From: Callorhinchus milii
Lineage: Eukaryota
DNA: 64,000 bases
Reading direction: 5' to 3'
Assembly (NCBI RefSeq): GCF_018977255.1
Contig: NW_024704793.1
Coordinates: forward strand, 248,001 to 312,000
The position numbers were made by a program, and so were the translations under genes. The notes beneath the pieces are model-generated. The model was not told the DNA's origin and did not search any database. It saw only the letters and a list, made by a program, of their open reading frames with translations. Below, piece by piece: positions 24,236 to 38,470 of this stretch. How positions within the stretch are numbered: the stretch's first letter is position 1; each line of letters begins with the position of its first letter.

Positions 24236-25369
24236 TGTCTCCATAGGGAGCCGGATCCACCGGTTTACTGTTCGCTCACTGAATTAGTGTTTCAAAAGAT
24301 TGATTCTGAATTCACCCCACTTCATTTGCAGGATGTGTCGGCTAATTACATTATTCTGTACTGTTTGAAATAGGGTGGCTGATTTAAATTGTTTAGCTAC
24401 TTTTGAATCGCAATGTCAATCATATCGCAGCTCAATATTCTCTTTTTCAGTGGGAACATTCTCAATCACTATGAAATCATAGATGCAATAGATAGAGCTG
24501 TTTTTTTCCAACAAACCAGATATGATACTAACTAAAAAGTGATTGTATATGTCACGTTCTTTATAAGATAAGCAACTTGCACAGATGTGGAAAAATAGGA
24601 TCTATCAATTAATCGCAGACTTATATAGCAATATAATAAAAAAACAAAGTTCCTACATGATTGAGGATAACAGAGCACATGCATGGGAATAGCTCAACAT
24701 CAGTGTTTAGTCTGGACAAAGCATCGTATCCAAAATATTTTGAAACTGGACTTGTGAAACTGAATATTGATTGGGTTTGTTCACGCTGGAAACTGGAATT
24801 GTTAATAAGACTGTTGAGAAATCGATAGCCGATGGTAATAATCGTTGCTTGGCATCAAAACAGCACCCGATGTCTTTGTTCATCCGGTTCTGGCCTCCTC
24901 CTTGTCCCCCGATTCCTCCGCTCCACACTCTATGGCTGTGCCTTGAGCCACTATGCCCCAAGGCTTTGAAACTGTCTTCCTCACTCCCTTCTTCTCGATC
25001 CCTACTTTCCCATTTTCAGGTCACTGCTGAAGACCTTTCATTTCGACCGCGCCTTTGGTCACTCGCCCGCAACAACCCGTCCCCTCTCCCCCGTAAAAGA
25101 CATCGGGTCAATGTCAAGTTTTTCTTTTTTCTCATACAGCCCCTATTACGAACTCACAAAAACATTTGCTATTCCCTCTTGATATTCTTTAGCAGCTGTC
25201 TTTAATTATTTGTTGATTCGACTACAATCATTATCAGCGATAACACCACCTGTCACATTCACTGGGGAAATTCCTCTGCTATATAAATACTTCTTTGAAA
25301 GTGTCATCCAACAATTGAATGCAAAGCGTTTGTGATCAACACAAAAACTCAGCATCATCCTGAACAAAA

Positions 25370-25451
25370 ATGAACGTACTTACATTGGATGAAATAATCA
25401 ATCAGATAGAAACGATATATTACCCAATCATTGCCGGTATTGGCATTCCAG
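25370..25451 (+). CDS. GPR139/GPR142-like GPCR gene A, exon 1
   Basis: MNVLTLDEIINQIETIYYPIIAGIGIP + G, donor CAG|GTACGT, phase 1. Confidence 0.88.
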
Positions 25452-26943
25452 GTACGTTTTTGTGTTTAATCAATGAATTCCTGAACTTTGCTCATTCACC
25501 CGCATTTTACGATTCTTGTCCTCATGATTCCACAATCACTTCTCTTCAGTGCATCAGACTCACTGGGGCGCATCACAATTTTTAGTCATCTGTTTTATGT
25601 GATTGATTAGGTAATACTTTTCTGACATCAGTTTAAATCAAATGATCGCATTAACGAGCATTAGTCGCTAAATGGTTATAATTAACATGATCGCTAATCT
25701 GATGGTTAAGTGATATAGTGAGTGAATTAATTGCAGTGAGTATTGCGGAAGATGGCAAGGGACACATGGAGGATACATCATTAACACGTTGATAGTCAAA
25801 GTCATCAAAGTAATTCTTCCATTTCCCTGCCTACTTTTGTTGCTTCTTCCATCTTTTTCCATTGTAATAATTAACCACTCAATCCATGGCCTCTCCTCTC
25901 CCCTCAGCACAGGTAGGGATGTGTCAGGGCGTGAACGCACTTGTGGACTGGAGAGAGGATCTTGAAATCAATCCTTTCTTTGATAGAAAACCAGAGAAGC
26001 CTGACGAGGGCAGCTGTAATGGCAGTATGGAATTCAGTGTGTGTCAGTATACAGGCTGCAGATTCCTCATTCGAATCGAATCCGAATTTACCTTCGGAAA
26101 AAATTGTTAAAAATATTTGAAGGAATTATTCAATCGACAATTATTTGTGATTGGCAATCCAAGCGATATTTGAATCTATCTTGGATATTGAGCCGCTAAA
26201 CAAACGGTGACTAAATTTAAAGTAATATACCAACTTCATTTCTCCATCACGGGCAGTGATCAATCGCTTCCTACTACAATCCATGCAGTTGATGCTGAGC
26301 CTCATCATGTTATTGTGACACCAAAAATTGCATCACAGTATTATTTGTGAAGTTTGCAGTGTGGAATTATTGTTATTCTTGTGCTTTGCCTGCTGACATC
26401 ATCAGTTGTCTCACCACTCCCAATTGACAAATTAATCGAACTTTCTGCCTTGTACAACTCAATAACCTGTGGAGATATGCTCACCTCAGTTTTCAAATGT
26501 TACGCCTGAAAGTCACATTGAAACTTCACCGTAAACACTTACGGCTTCTTCTTCCAGTGTTAATTCAATTTTCTAATAAATATTTCTGGCAACCCGATAT
26601 GTTAAGCTGTCGTATGCTGGTTACACAAGCCTCAGTTTAACGGGCAGTAAGCAGGAACTCTTTAGTTATTTGATTGGCGGATTGCATTTGCGATCGGAAT
26701 AATCTCTTAAAAAGAATTAAATCAATCCAGGAATGTATTTCGGTCAATCCTTTGCCGCGTTTTGCCCTCAACACATAAAGTCAATTCAATTCACAGTATA
26801 TTCTCTAAAGCAATTTAAAACGTCTCCACAACACGAAAAGGTGTTTCATGAATTGGAAAGTTTATTCGAAGTACTGATTATCGAAACGATGGCATTATTT
26901 TCATTAAATGAATCTGATATATTTTGTGATTTATTTCTTGTAG

Positions 26944-27860
26944 TTAACTTGGTGACGATTATGATCCTTTCCCGAGGAAAGTGCGGTCTCTCCACATGTA
27001 TCACTCGCTACCTGGTGGCCATGGCAGTGGCAGACCTGCTGGTGGTGATCACTGATGTGATGTGGAAGCGAATTTCAGAAGCTTATAGGTTTCAATTTAT
27101 TTTCCTGAACCTGACTCCTATCTGTAGCATCCGTGAGGTGCTGTTCCATGCAACCACCACCTGTTCTGTTTGGCTCACAATCGCTTTCACCTTTGATCGA
27201 TTTGTAGCAATTTGTCATCAGAAACTGAAAAGCAAATACTGCACCGAGAAAACAGCGACTGTGGTCATTGTGTCGATCTGCGTGTCCAGCTGTGTGATCA
27301 ACATACCCTGGTACCTCGAGCGCGAAACGCTATTTATAATTAACAACACGCCTTGGTTTTGTGTTGTTAAAGCAAATTTTTATTATTCATGGATATGGAC
27401 CGCTTTTCAGTTGTGTCAATGCATTTTAACGCCATTTATCCCATTTGTTCTCATTTTGCTGCTCAATGTACTGACCATCAGATATATCTTATTGAGCAAT
27501 GCTGCACGGAGAAGGCTCCGAGGCCACAGCAATGGGGAAAATCAGAAAGATCCAGAGATGCAGAATCGTAGAAAATCCATCATTTTGCTCTTTACAGTAA
27601 CGGTGAGTTTTATATGCTTATGGGTGACATATGTGATAGCCTATTTTAAATACGAAATCGAATTTGCGACTCTTAATAATATTGGTCACTCATGGATAGC
27701 ACTACAGTTTGGAGATATGCTTCGGCTATTGAGCTGCTCTACAAACACATGTATTTATGCTTTGACACAAACCAAATTCAGAAAACAGCTGATGAATATG
27801 GTGAAATGCCCGTTTTATCAAATACGCATTCTGTTCAGAAAATACGAATTTGCTGCCTAA
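26944..27860 (+). CDS. GPR139/GPR142-like GPCR gene A, exon 2 (spliced product 332 aa)
   Basis: Acceptor ttcttgtag|TT; SRGKCGLS.CITRYLVAMAVADL, AFTFDRFVAIC, LSCSTNTCIY; 82+917=999 nt, open. Confidence 0.92.
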
Positions 27861-29150
27861 AAAGACCAATATCCATCGAGTTCGCCATCCATTTTCTTGC
27901 GGGAACGCTGACATGTTGTGTCCCAAACTATATGCTGTATATTGTGTGTATGTCCGTGCGCGCGTGAGTTAGTGTGTGCATTTTCCGTATGTGTAGCGTA
28001 TCATAGGATATTATTTTCCAGCAGTAGTCTATCTACTTTTTCTTGAAGTGAACATTCTCTGCTTTCGTTTTCTCCCTAGAAACCTGTTCCGTAAGTTTAC
28101 TCGACGATGTCTGAAGTAAGTTTTCCGGAAAACCCGCGTGATGGGTATTTCAGGAGGATGCATGATTATGGGGAAATGGCTGGGGTTTGGGATTGACATA
28201 ACATTGCTCTTTTCAAAGAAGCGTAACAGACTCAATGGGCCGCATGGCCTCTTTTTGTGCTGTTCGATTCTATAATTCCATGGTTCTGTGCATAATAGTA
28301 TACCTTGCCATTGACGTTGCGGATTACCGCATCCTTGTGCCATCTGAAAGTGTTTCACATTATATTCTGTGAAAGAGATGCACATCAACAGATAAATGAG
28401 GCTGTATGATCTTAAATGCTTCCGTTGTGTTCCGTAAAAGAAAATCCAGATTCCTTTTCAACTCAGTTCACTCAAGAAGGTCAAGAAACCACAGTTAAAT
28501 ATTATTTTTTATCAAGAAAATTGTGCTAAAGCCCAAAATAATCACGAGCCGAAAGAAGCGAGCATCAACATATCAAAGGATTATATGAATAAGAAGTAAT
28601 CATGGAAGTTGAATTGACGGCCAAAGCCACATTTTCTTAAGCATGTTAGAAACCTAACGTGAGAGAGAGAAGAGAGATGTGGAGCAGTGGGTAAGGAGTA
28701 GTAGCGGGGTCGTTTATATGGAGATATAGGGTTGAGGAGAGGATCGAGTTGGCTTCTAAAATATCAGAAATCAATCATGTATCGGTCTTTGGTAAATTAT
28801 GAAAAGAAAATCAAGTGACTCCTGAGGTTGGCAATTATTAGTCACTCACAGCGGCTTCGAGCGGTGTGAAAAATGATGTGTAAAACGAATTGTCTTCAAT
28901 TGTCTCTTCAAAACGCTTGTTATTGGACTTGAAATGTATGTATATTTCCCGTATTTTCTGTCTTTATTTACTTACTCACTTAACCAGCCAATTAATAAAT
29001 CATCACCTAATTTGAAAACAAAACACTCCTGCGTCATCTTTCATTATCTTGTTCTCCAGAAGATTGATAATTCAAGTAGAGTCTGTGTGAAATGTTACTA
29101 TATTGATAGAAGCGAAGCTCCAGTTTGATATTGACATCAGCGCCTTGTGA
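27846..29150. repeat. GPCR A 3' end and flank, duplicated at 31368-32662
   Basis: Near-colinear text from gaatttgctgcctaa to atcagcgcctt in both copies. Confidence 0.92.
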
Positions 29151-30139
29151 CGCCCCCCAAAAAATGTAATCTTGCTGCTGTTGTGGCACGTTATCGTGTG
29201 CGCGGTATTCGCTCTCTGCAGCTGGACGAGCTGTCAGTGTCTAAGGATGTGATTGATCAGCGAAATGCTTTCCTTCCTGACACACTGCAGCAATGTCCGG
29301 CTTGAATTTCATTCGCCAAGTTGCACACTCGCAAAGGCGATTTCCAGCCGCTGCCTTACGATAATTTTCATCGTGGATGGAGCGAAAGGTGGAAGGTTGG
29401 AATTGGTGTCTCACCGGATCAATCACCCAAAAGGCGGGATGCGGACTGTGGGCCGACATTTGGACACCGCTGTTGTAAAGTGTCGAGATTCTGTGCTGTG
29501 TAGGTTAACGTGGCAGCAATTTGCAGTGCAAGGAGCGTCCAATTTTATTTTCCGGGTTTGTCAGTCAGGACAACAGGAGAAACTCAGTTCACATTTGAGT
29601 TGCGCAGAAATTGTATATACAAACCCACACCCAAACAGACACTCACACACACCCCCACAACGACACACACTGGTGAGGTCAGGACTCCATAATGACCCCC
29701 GTTTCTCAATCACATTTCAAGAGAGAATCTTGTTCCTGAACTCACAAACAACTGGACCCTTATAAAATCTGACTTTTTCAGTTGAGGGTCAGCAAGACAC
29801 AACGGTCGCAAACTGATCGTTTTCAGACGTCTTCAGAAAATGAAAGACATGATATCAATATAATTTTTCAGTCTATGGTGCAGTACTGTGGAAATTATAT
29901 TCCACACTTCTTCAAATAAAATTGTTTCAACTTCAATGAAAAATTAACATTAATCTTGCGCCTTTCGATTTGTGAAGTCAAGGCAACACGTTTAATAATA
30001 ATGATGACAAAACCAGGCTGGGAATTGGAGTGAAGCGGGGTAGAAACTAAAAATTCATCCCTGCCGCCAGCAAAGGGATAGCTTCTGAGACAGACTTGAA
30101 TGAGGTAAGAAAGGGTAAGTCAAAGCAACTCTGGGATGG

Positions 30140-30740
30140 AGGTATAAAGAGTTATTGATATTCTGCCGGTTGTGCAGGGCAGAGCTGGGGAAGCTCACAG
30201 TCACAAATTTAGAGTTCTCATGTCGTTGTGGAGTACACAAGAAACATGTCTTGCAATTATACAGCGTCCCTCACAGAGTGCAGCATTTCGGAGCACTGGG
30301 CAGTGGTGGAGCAGGAATCGTCGACAGTGGATGCGAAAGGTGACTTCAGATGCGGTCGAACAGGGATATATTCAGTGGGTCCAGATGACGGGAAGCCAAG
30401 GGGTGAAGCGAAGCGTCTGAGGAAGAGAGTTCCCGAGTTTCGGGGCATAGTGGCTGAAAGGGTGACCTCCAGTGGTCAACAGGGATCAAGAGGCACATGG
30501 AGAAGGCTGTAAGAAGTCGAACAGGGGGAGCGGGTTTTGCGTTGTGGACTAACCATGTCAGAAATGTAGGGAGGAACCAGGGCTTGAAGTGACCTGTAAA
30601 CGAGTGGGAGGATCTGACCTCGACCAGGTCGGTGATGGCGAGCAGTGGAGCGCGGTTGAAACTGGTCTGATCGGGTTACTTGTTATAGGAGGAATGAGCA
30701 TGCGGACCACGTAGTTTTGGATGAGTTTGATCCTATGTAT
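30140..30740 (-). mobile_element. L2 3' fragment
   Basis: Minus ORF 30558-30785 contains IHRIKLIQNYVVRML...SALH, matching the L2 C-terminus. Boundaries approximate. Confidence 0.75.
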
Positions 30741-30762
30741 GATGGAGCTGGGGAGACCGGCA

Positions 30763-31070
30763 AATAATAATAATAATCCTTGCATTTGATATAGCGCTTT
30801 TCACGTCGGGAGGGCGTCCCAAAGCGCTTCACAGAACACACTGTAAAGTGAATTGACTGTATATTTGTTGACGAACGCGGCAGCCGATAGCGCACAGCGA
30901 TGTCCCACAAGCAGTCGGAGATAGAAAATGACCAATTTATTATTGATTTGGGGATTATTATTGGACTCTGTGTGGAGTAAGGAAACTTGCCCGAGGTTTC
31001 GCTCTGACCTGCCTAGGATTGAACTCAGGTCTCTCGCTTGCAAAGCGAGTGCTCTAACCACTGAGCTACA
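30763..31070 (-). mobile_element. tRNA-derived SINE with L2-type tail
   Basis: Full head (tgtagctcagtggttagagc on -), core and tail gcgctttgggacgccctcccgacgtgaaaagcgct + (att)n. Confidence 0.92.
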
Positions 31071-31179
31071 GGACTACACAAAGAGAGTAGTTCAGAAGTC
31101 TAGTCGGGAGGAGACTGACGCAAAGTCGAGTGGGCTACAAGAAGGATTGAGGACCTGCAGTCCGATTAACCAACCTACC

Positions 31180-31367
31180 CAGTAACCCTTAATAACCAGA
31201 CCTAAAACAATCCGAGGAACCTCAGTCTTGAAGATGTGAATAGATTCAGCATGCACAACCTTCAGGGGGAGAGGTGCAGACATCCACTTCACTTTAGATG
31301 ATAAATTGTCTCCTAATTCCTTTACTAAAAGCCGAGGTCTAATTTTAAGATAATATCCTCTTATTCT
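31180..31367 (-). mobile_element. CR1 3' fragment abutting the duplicated GPCR flank
   Basis: Minus ORF 31092-31526 contains IRGYYLKIRPRLL...LPLKVVHAESIHIFKTE. Confidence 0.8.
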
Positions 31368-32662
31368 GAATTTGCTGCCTAAAAAGACAAATATCCATCG
31401 AGTTCGCCATCCATTTTCTTGAGTGAAGCCTGACATGTTGTCTCCCAAACTATATGCTGTATATTGTGTGTATGTCCGTGCGCGCGTGTGTGAGTGTGTG
31501 CGTTTTCCGTATGTGGAGCGTATCACAAGATATTATTCTCGAACAGAAATCTATCGATTTTTTTCTTGAAATAAACATTCTCTGCTCTCGTTTTCTCCCG
31601 AGAAACCTGTTCCGTAAGTTTACTCGACGATGTCTGAAGTAAATTTTGCGGAAAACCCGGGGTTGGCTACTTTAGGAGGACGTGTTTGCAGTGTTATGGG
31701 GAAAGTGCTGGGGATTGGGATTGATATAACATTACTCTTTTCAAAGAAGCGTAACAGACTCAATGGGACGCATGGCCTCTTTTTGTGCTTTTCGATTCTA
31801 TGATTCCATGATTCTGTGAATAATAGTATTCCTTGCCATTGATGCTGTGGATTACCGCATCCTTGAGCCATCTGAAAGTGTTTCGCATTATATTCTGTGA
31901 AAGAAAGGCAAATTAACCGATATATGAGAATGTATGAACTTAAATGCTTCCGTTGTGTTCCGTAAAAGAAAATCCAGATTCCTTTTCAACTCAGTTCACT
32001 CATGAAGGTCAAGAAACCACAGTTAAATATTATTTTTTATCCAGAAAATTGTGTTATAGCCCAAAATAATCACGAGCCCAAAGAAGCGAGCATCAACATA
32101 TCAAAGGATTATATGAATAAGAGTTGATCATGGAAGTTGAATTGACGGCCAAAGCCACATGTTCTTAAGCATGTTAGAAACCTAACGTGAAAGAGAGAAG
32201 AGAGAGATGTGGAGCAGTGGGGAAGGAGTAATAGCGGGGTCGTTTATATCGAGATATTGGTTGAGGATAGGATGGGGTTGGCTTCTAAAATATCAGAAAT
32301 CAATCATGTATCGGCCTTTCGTAAATTGTAAAACGAAAATCAAGTGGTGTCTTAGGTTCGTAATGATCAGTGACTCAAAGCGGCTTCAAGCGTTGTGACA
32401 AATTATGTGTAAAATTAACTCTGGAATGTATCTCTTCAAAATGCTTGTAATTTTGGTTGACGTGTATATATTTCCCATACTGTCTACATTTAGTTACTTA
32501 CTCACTGAACCAATGAATCATCACCAAATTAAAAAAAATACTCTTGCGTCATCTTTCGTTATCTTGTTCTTCAAAAGATTGGTAATTCATATAGAGTCTG
32601 TGTGAAATGTAACTATAGTGAGAGCAGCAAAGGTCGAGTTTGATGCTGATATCAGCGCCTTT
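31368..32662 (+). pseudogene. Duplicated GPCR A terminal codons (EFAA*) and 3' flank, without the rest of the CDS
   Basis: Homology to 27846-29150 starts four codons before the stop. Confidence 0.8.
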
Positions 32663-32670
32663 TACGTGTT

Positions 32671-35118
32671 CCACAATGGTCCTGTTGGGTTCGCTGCCCC
32701 AGCCCCAGCCTATGGGCTAATGCCATCCGACTGACCGCTCGTTCCCGGTCTCCGCGTGCGCACTTTGGCTGCCGCTTTGACCCTCACCCCCTCCTTCCCT
32801 CCCCCCTCCTCTCTGCCCACAAACCCTTCACCCTCAACATCTCTCCCGCTCTGTCCGACTGTCTCTCCGTCCCTTTCGGCTTCCATCCCCAATTGACCCT
32901 TCCACAACCAGCCTGGGAATCCTCCGCCGGCCGGGCTCACCGTGGCACTCGGCGTTGGCTGTCCAGCAGCAGCCACACCGACTGCCCCATTCCCCAATAC
33001 ACTCGCCAGCCACCCCGGACACAGACCCGGGGAGCCAACCTCTCCTCCCTCATCCCCATTTCCTCCACCACTACTTCACAACCTGGACCCCCTCCCCTCC
33101 CACACACCCTTCTGTCAACCGCTCCCTCCACATCGGACTACAAAATGTCCGCTGCCTCTGTAACAAGGCCCTGGTCATCAACGATCACATCCTCGATGAG
33201 AGCGTTGACATCATAGCCTTAACGGAAACCTGGCTCACCCTAGGCGACACCATCCCCCTCACAGAGGACACACCAACCGGCTACACGTCCCACCACATCC
33301 CTCGCCCCAACCGTTGTGGCGTTGGTGAAGCACTTATCTCAAGGTCACCACTTGCCCTATCCCCCTACTCCTCTGTCACTTTACCCTCTTTCGAGCACCT
33401 CACCCTCTCCCATCCCTCCTTTCTCTCACTCAAAATCCTCCTACTCTCCCAGCCTCCGAAAACCTCTCCCACCTTCAACTTCGATAATTCTACACTATTT
33501 GCATCTCTGCCTCTGCTCTGATTGCCTCATCATCCGGGGCGAATTCAACCTGCACTTCACCAGCTCCTGCTCCATCTCCTCGGACTTCTCTTCCCTGCTC
33601 TCCTCGCTCAACCTCTCCCTCCACATCAACTCCCACACTCACCGTCACGGCCACACAATTGATTTGGTACTCACCCGGGGCCTCAGTGTCTCGGATGTCA
33701 CCATTAGCGACAAGACCGTCTCCTATCACTACTTCATCTCCTTCACCACCTCCACCCTCCTACCCACCTCCACCAGACCTACCACCTTCTTCTTCCGCCC
33801 CTGGAAGTAGTTATGCCCACAATCCCTAACCGCTGCATTGGAGTCCTCTGAACTCCTCTCCCTCTGGCCTTCAAGCCTCACTGACACGTCTTCTCCTCTC
33901 ACGCTCCTCCATAACACCCTCTCCACCACACTCGACACTCTTGCCCCCATCACATTCCGTACTGTCTCCTACTCTCGCTCCTCCCCCTGGTTCACCACCC
34001 ACCTCGGCTCAATGAAGAGCCAGGTGCGGGACGCTGAACGCAGCTGCCTCAAATCTGGCCTAACGGTCCACCGACAAATCTGGCTGGACCTCTTCAAAAT
34101 CTGCCGCTCCACTCTAGCCTCGGCCAAGTCGTCCTTCTAATCCACGATAATCCTGGAGGCGAAGAACAACCCAAGGCTTCTGTTTTCTACCACGTCCCGA
34201 CTCCTCCGTAACCCCTGCCAATCCGGCGCAGGTCATCACCTCCAACCTTCACTGTGGGGAGATGCTTGACTTTCTTCAATCCAAAATCAAGGGAATCTGC
34301 TCCTCGGTCACTTGCCCTCCAACCTCCACCCACCCCCTCCCTCCCACACTCCGACTCCTAACCATCCTCCACTGCACACCTTTGAACCCGTTTCCCCACC
34401 CTCTATCACCAAACTCATCCTATCCCTGAAACCCACCACCTGCTCCCTTGATCCCATCCCCACTCCATTCCTTATCTCCCAGCTTCACCTCCTTGCCCCA
34501 TAAATCACAGCCATTGTCAACCCGTGCCTCTCCTCTGGCTCTGTTCCCATTCCCTTAAAAACTGCAACCATCACTCCCACCTTGAAAAAACCCTCCCTTG
34601 GTGCGTCGCAACTGTCAAGTTACCGGCCCATCTCCAACTTCCACTTCCTGACCAAGGTCCTTGAAAGAGTTGTCGCCTCCCAGTTGCGCTCTTTCCTCTC
34701 CAGCCATTCATTATTCGAACCCCTTCAGTTGGGTTTCCGTTCTGCCAATAGCACAGAAACTGCCCTGGTCAAGTTCACCAATGACATCCTGACCATCTGC
34801 GATAAGGGCTCCCTCTGCCTCCTCGTCCTCCTCGACCTATCGGCAGCATTCCCTGCGGTCGACCACAATATCCTCCTCCACCGCTTTTTCTCCCACCTCA
34901 ACCTTCAAGGCCCTGTCCTTGAGTGGTTTGGGTCGTACCTCTCCCACCGTCTTCACTTTGTTTCCACGAACGGCTTTTCCTCCAGCCCCCGCACCCTCTA
35001 TATGCTTCCGCTTGGCGACATCATCCGCAGACATGGGGTTAACTTCCACATGTATGCGGATGACACCCAATTCTACCGTTCCTACTCTACTCTCAACTCC
35101 ACGACCACCGATGTCCTG
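32671..35118 (+). mobile_element. Decayed L2 LINE (5' end to RT), 3'-truncated
   Basis: Colinear with 17680-20190; many stops and frameshifts; deletion of the [10 protein letters not shown] segment near 34990. Confidence 0.95.
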
Positions 35119-35799
35119 TAATTTTGGAGAGTAGGGACTACATCCGCGGTTAGTTATGAGTACGGGTCAGAAGCGAGTTGGTGGCAAAACGTTGATCCAC
35201 AGGGACAGGTGAACGGACAGCCAAAGGAGGCCAGTTACAAAGTGGGTTAAAGGCACTTCGACCATTTCCTACAAAGCACAATCCAGCAGACACGGACTTG
35301 CGATTGGTTGGGGCTAAATTCATAACAACAACAACACGTTTCCATATATAGAGCGCCTTTCACGTCGGGAGGATGTCCCAAAGTGCTGAACAGTTGAGTG
35401 AAAAGTTAGAACGTATCGAGACAAACACGATAGCAGTGAGAGTATAGTTAACCCGTGGAACAGGCAGCCCAAGGAGACGCTTAAAGCACAGGTGTTCATC
35501 CGTTAAAATACAGATTATATCGTGTTCATTTAGAAAATTACACTGTGGATACACTACATAAGAACAAGGGAAATATGCGCATGCGACCGCCTGGAAGAAG
35601 GAAGGAGAACTAGATGTATCTAGTTGATGCATTTCAGAGCGCTGTAAAGTGGAGGAGCACGACTACGAGGGGGGTGGTGGATGTGAAATGTAAAGTTTTA
35701 TTCTATGAAGCAATAATTTGGAAGCTGTATACCATAATTCTTCACAGAAAATGGTTTATTCTTCAACACAACTTCATAGACATCTACTGCCTTTCAATT

Positions 35800-36490
35800 T
35801 GGGAGGTCAAGGCAAAACGGTTACAATACTAACAATACCAAACTGGGGGTTGGAGCTGAATGGGGTCAGAAAGGGAAAGATGATGATCCCTGGTGCGGAC
35901 AAAGAGATAACTCTTGAAACACACTTGGATAAGTTAAGCCAGCGTGTGAGTCGAAACAACCTTGGGATGGCGATACAGAGTGTATCCTGAATGGATGAAA
36001 ATCCAATCGTGCAGTGGGTAATGTTGGGTAATTGAAGCAGACTGGTAATATTTGAGGGTACGGTGTCACTTCGCGGTTGGATATCTGGAAGTGGCAGTAG
36101 AAGAGTGAAGGCGAAACTTTGATCCACTGGGGAATGGAAAGCGCAAGTCGGCATGTTAGGAAGTTGGTCACAGACATGTCGAATATATTATACAAATAAC
36201 AATCAGGTTTACATGGCTTGCGATACGAGGGAGTGATGTTCAGCACGAATCTGCACAAATACTATTTCAGTGAGCGAATAGCGAATTTGTGGAATAGGCT
36301 CCCTAGTCAATCTGTTGACGCAGTAAGTGTTGATTCATTCAAACACAGATTAGACAGCGTTATTATCGGACATAACGCTGTGGGTTGTAGCACATATATA
36401 GTTCGGGACATATGTGCATGCAACCGCCAGCAATGTGGAAGGCGAACCAGATGGGCCTTGATATTTTCTAACATTTCTGATGTTCTTATG
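35800..36490 (+). mobile_element. CR1-type LINE 3' fragment
   Basis: tactatttcagtgagcgaatagcgaatttgtggaataggctccct (YFSERIANLWNRLP) and tail ttctgatgttcttatg. Confidence 0.75.
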
Positions 36491-36649
36491 CACTGCAACT
36501 TCATTAGTTACAAATTGCTTGATATTCTGCCGGTTGAGCAGAACAGAGGTGGAGAGGCTCACAGACGAATCTTTAGTGATGGGAAGCCGATGGGTTCTAT
36601 CCAACAAATATATGTCATAATTATACTGCGCCCCCCCGAAGGGTACAAC

Positions 36650-37110
36650 TTCAGAGCTCTGGAACGTGTTGGAGCATGACTCTGCGCCATCGGGCTGGGA
36701 GTTGACAGTTGGCAAAGTAGAGTAGGAAGATCTTCACGTGAGTCAGAGGACGGGGATGGAAGTGGAAAGTGAAGGGAGAGATGAAGAGTATTCCAGCGGT
36801 TCGGGTCTCAGTGTGCGCGGTCAACAATGGTGGAAAGGTGCGCACAATGGACAAGAGAAGGATGGAGGCAGGCGAGAGGAGGGAGCGGGACTTGGCTTGG
36901 GACTTTAGCACGTCAGAAAGTGAGGGAGAGTCAGGGCTTGAAAGGATTTGGGAACGAGTGGAGGATCATGAAATCGACCCAATCGGTGATGGGGAGCAGT
37001 GGAGCTCGGATAGAACTGGCGCAATCGGTTTATCTAGGACAGTAGGGATGAGTATGCGAGCAGCGTAGTTTTATATCAGTTGGATCCTATGCATGGTGTA
37101 GCTGGGGAGA
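36650..37110 (-). mobile_element. L2 3' fragment
   Basis: Reverse complement resembles the L2 ORF2 C-terminus; tail remnant near 36655. Boundaries approximate. Confidence 0.6.
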
Positions 37111-38470
37111 AAGGCAAAGAAGGTGTTCGAGGAACCCATTCGGTAAGTGGAGAAAGAAAATTGCAGTGTTCAACAAGAATGATAGTTGGGATCAAGGGAA
37201 AAATAAAAACAGGAGAAGGACTTTCTGCTCCTTGTGCCTGTTTCGCAAATTTTAGAGGATGCCTGAAATCTACATCGAGTCCAATTAGCCACCCTGCCCA
37301 GTATCCCTTAATACCTTGGCCTAAGCGATATCTACCCACCTCAACCTTCAAGGTTTGAATGCATTATCCACGGCATTTGGGGAAAAAAGTTGCAGCTTTT
37401 CGGTAAACCTAAGGTCAAAAACGGCCGGTTAGCTTCACACCGAAATGGCCGAGATCTCATTGTAAATTCGTGCCCCCTGTTCTCGATTACCCAAATAGAG
37501 TGAAAGAGTGAATCAGCATCTATTCTAAGGAATCACTTTGTCGATTTAGAAACCTCAACCAGATCATCTCTCAACTTTTTAAGCGGAAAGGAATAGAGAA
37601 CAAGTTTTTGCAACCTGTCCAGCGGAAAGTTGTGCTGATGATCTCGGCAACTAGATACAGAGATGAGCAACCAAAATAATTGAGTGATTGGAGGGACAGG
37701 AGTATCTGCAGAGGTTCAGTATATTCACAGCGCAAAATAGTTGATTGGGAGAGGACATTATTGTTGTGTTTAGTAAGCTAAAGTGGTGGAATCCAGAATA
37801 AATCTGCACAAACACTATTTCAGTTAGCGAATCGTGATTCTGTGGAAAATCCACCCTCGCGAGACGGTTGAAGCAGAAAGTGTTGATGCGTTCAAACGCA
37901 GATCAGCTCGATTTATTTTAGGAAATATTATCATGGAATATAGTACGCAGGTAGATTGTGAAATAAGTGCATGTCACATCGCCTGTCTGTCATTATTCTG
38001 ACCAACATAGTTTTCACTCTCACTGGGTAAGAACTGTTCTTTGTGGGGAATTTTAGGCCAGGACAAGACCAATCCTGTTGCTATCCCCAACACAAGAGAT
38101 TGGTAACGACCCGCTATTATTGACCCCTAATCGCAACAACATCCACTGTTTTTAAATGCAACTTGTAACCTGCCTGACACAAACACAGACAAACGCTGAC
38201 CACTACATAGGTTTGATTTCATTCCAGCTTTCTGTTGTTGAACACGTCAGCGTAAAGCTCGCTCAGCCCCCGTGAGATCCCGATTACCTTCCCCAAGGAA
38301 TCGGTTCAGCAGTTCGTGCCATAAAATGAACGCTGGCGTTACATCGTCACTTACAGTCATTTGTGCAAACAGCCTAATCTCAGTGGAGACATTTTTGGTA
38401 TATAAAGACTGGTAGTTTTGAGTGACAGCGATGTTTCCAGCACAGACAGCCTTTACGCTGTTGATGGACA

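Noticed and set aside
35119-35320. Possible LTR start (TGTAATTTTGG...) where the second L2 is cut off
   Set aside because: No PBS, terminal CA or second copy was identified; left unassigned.
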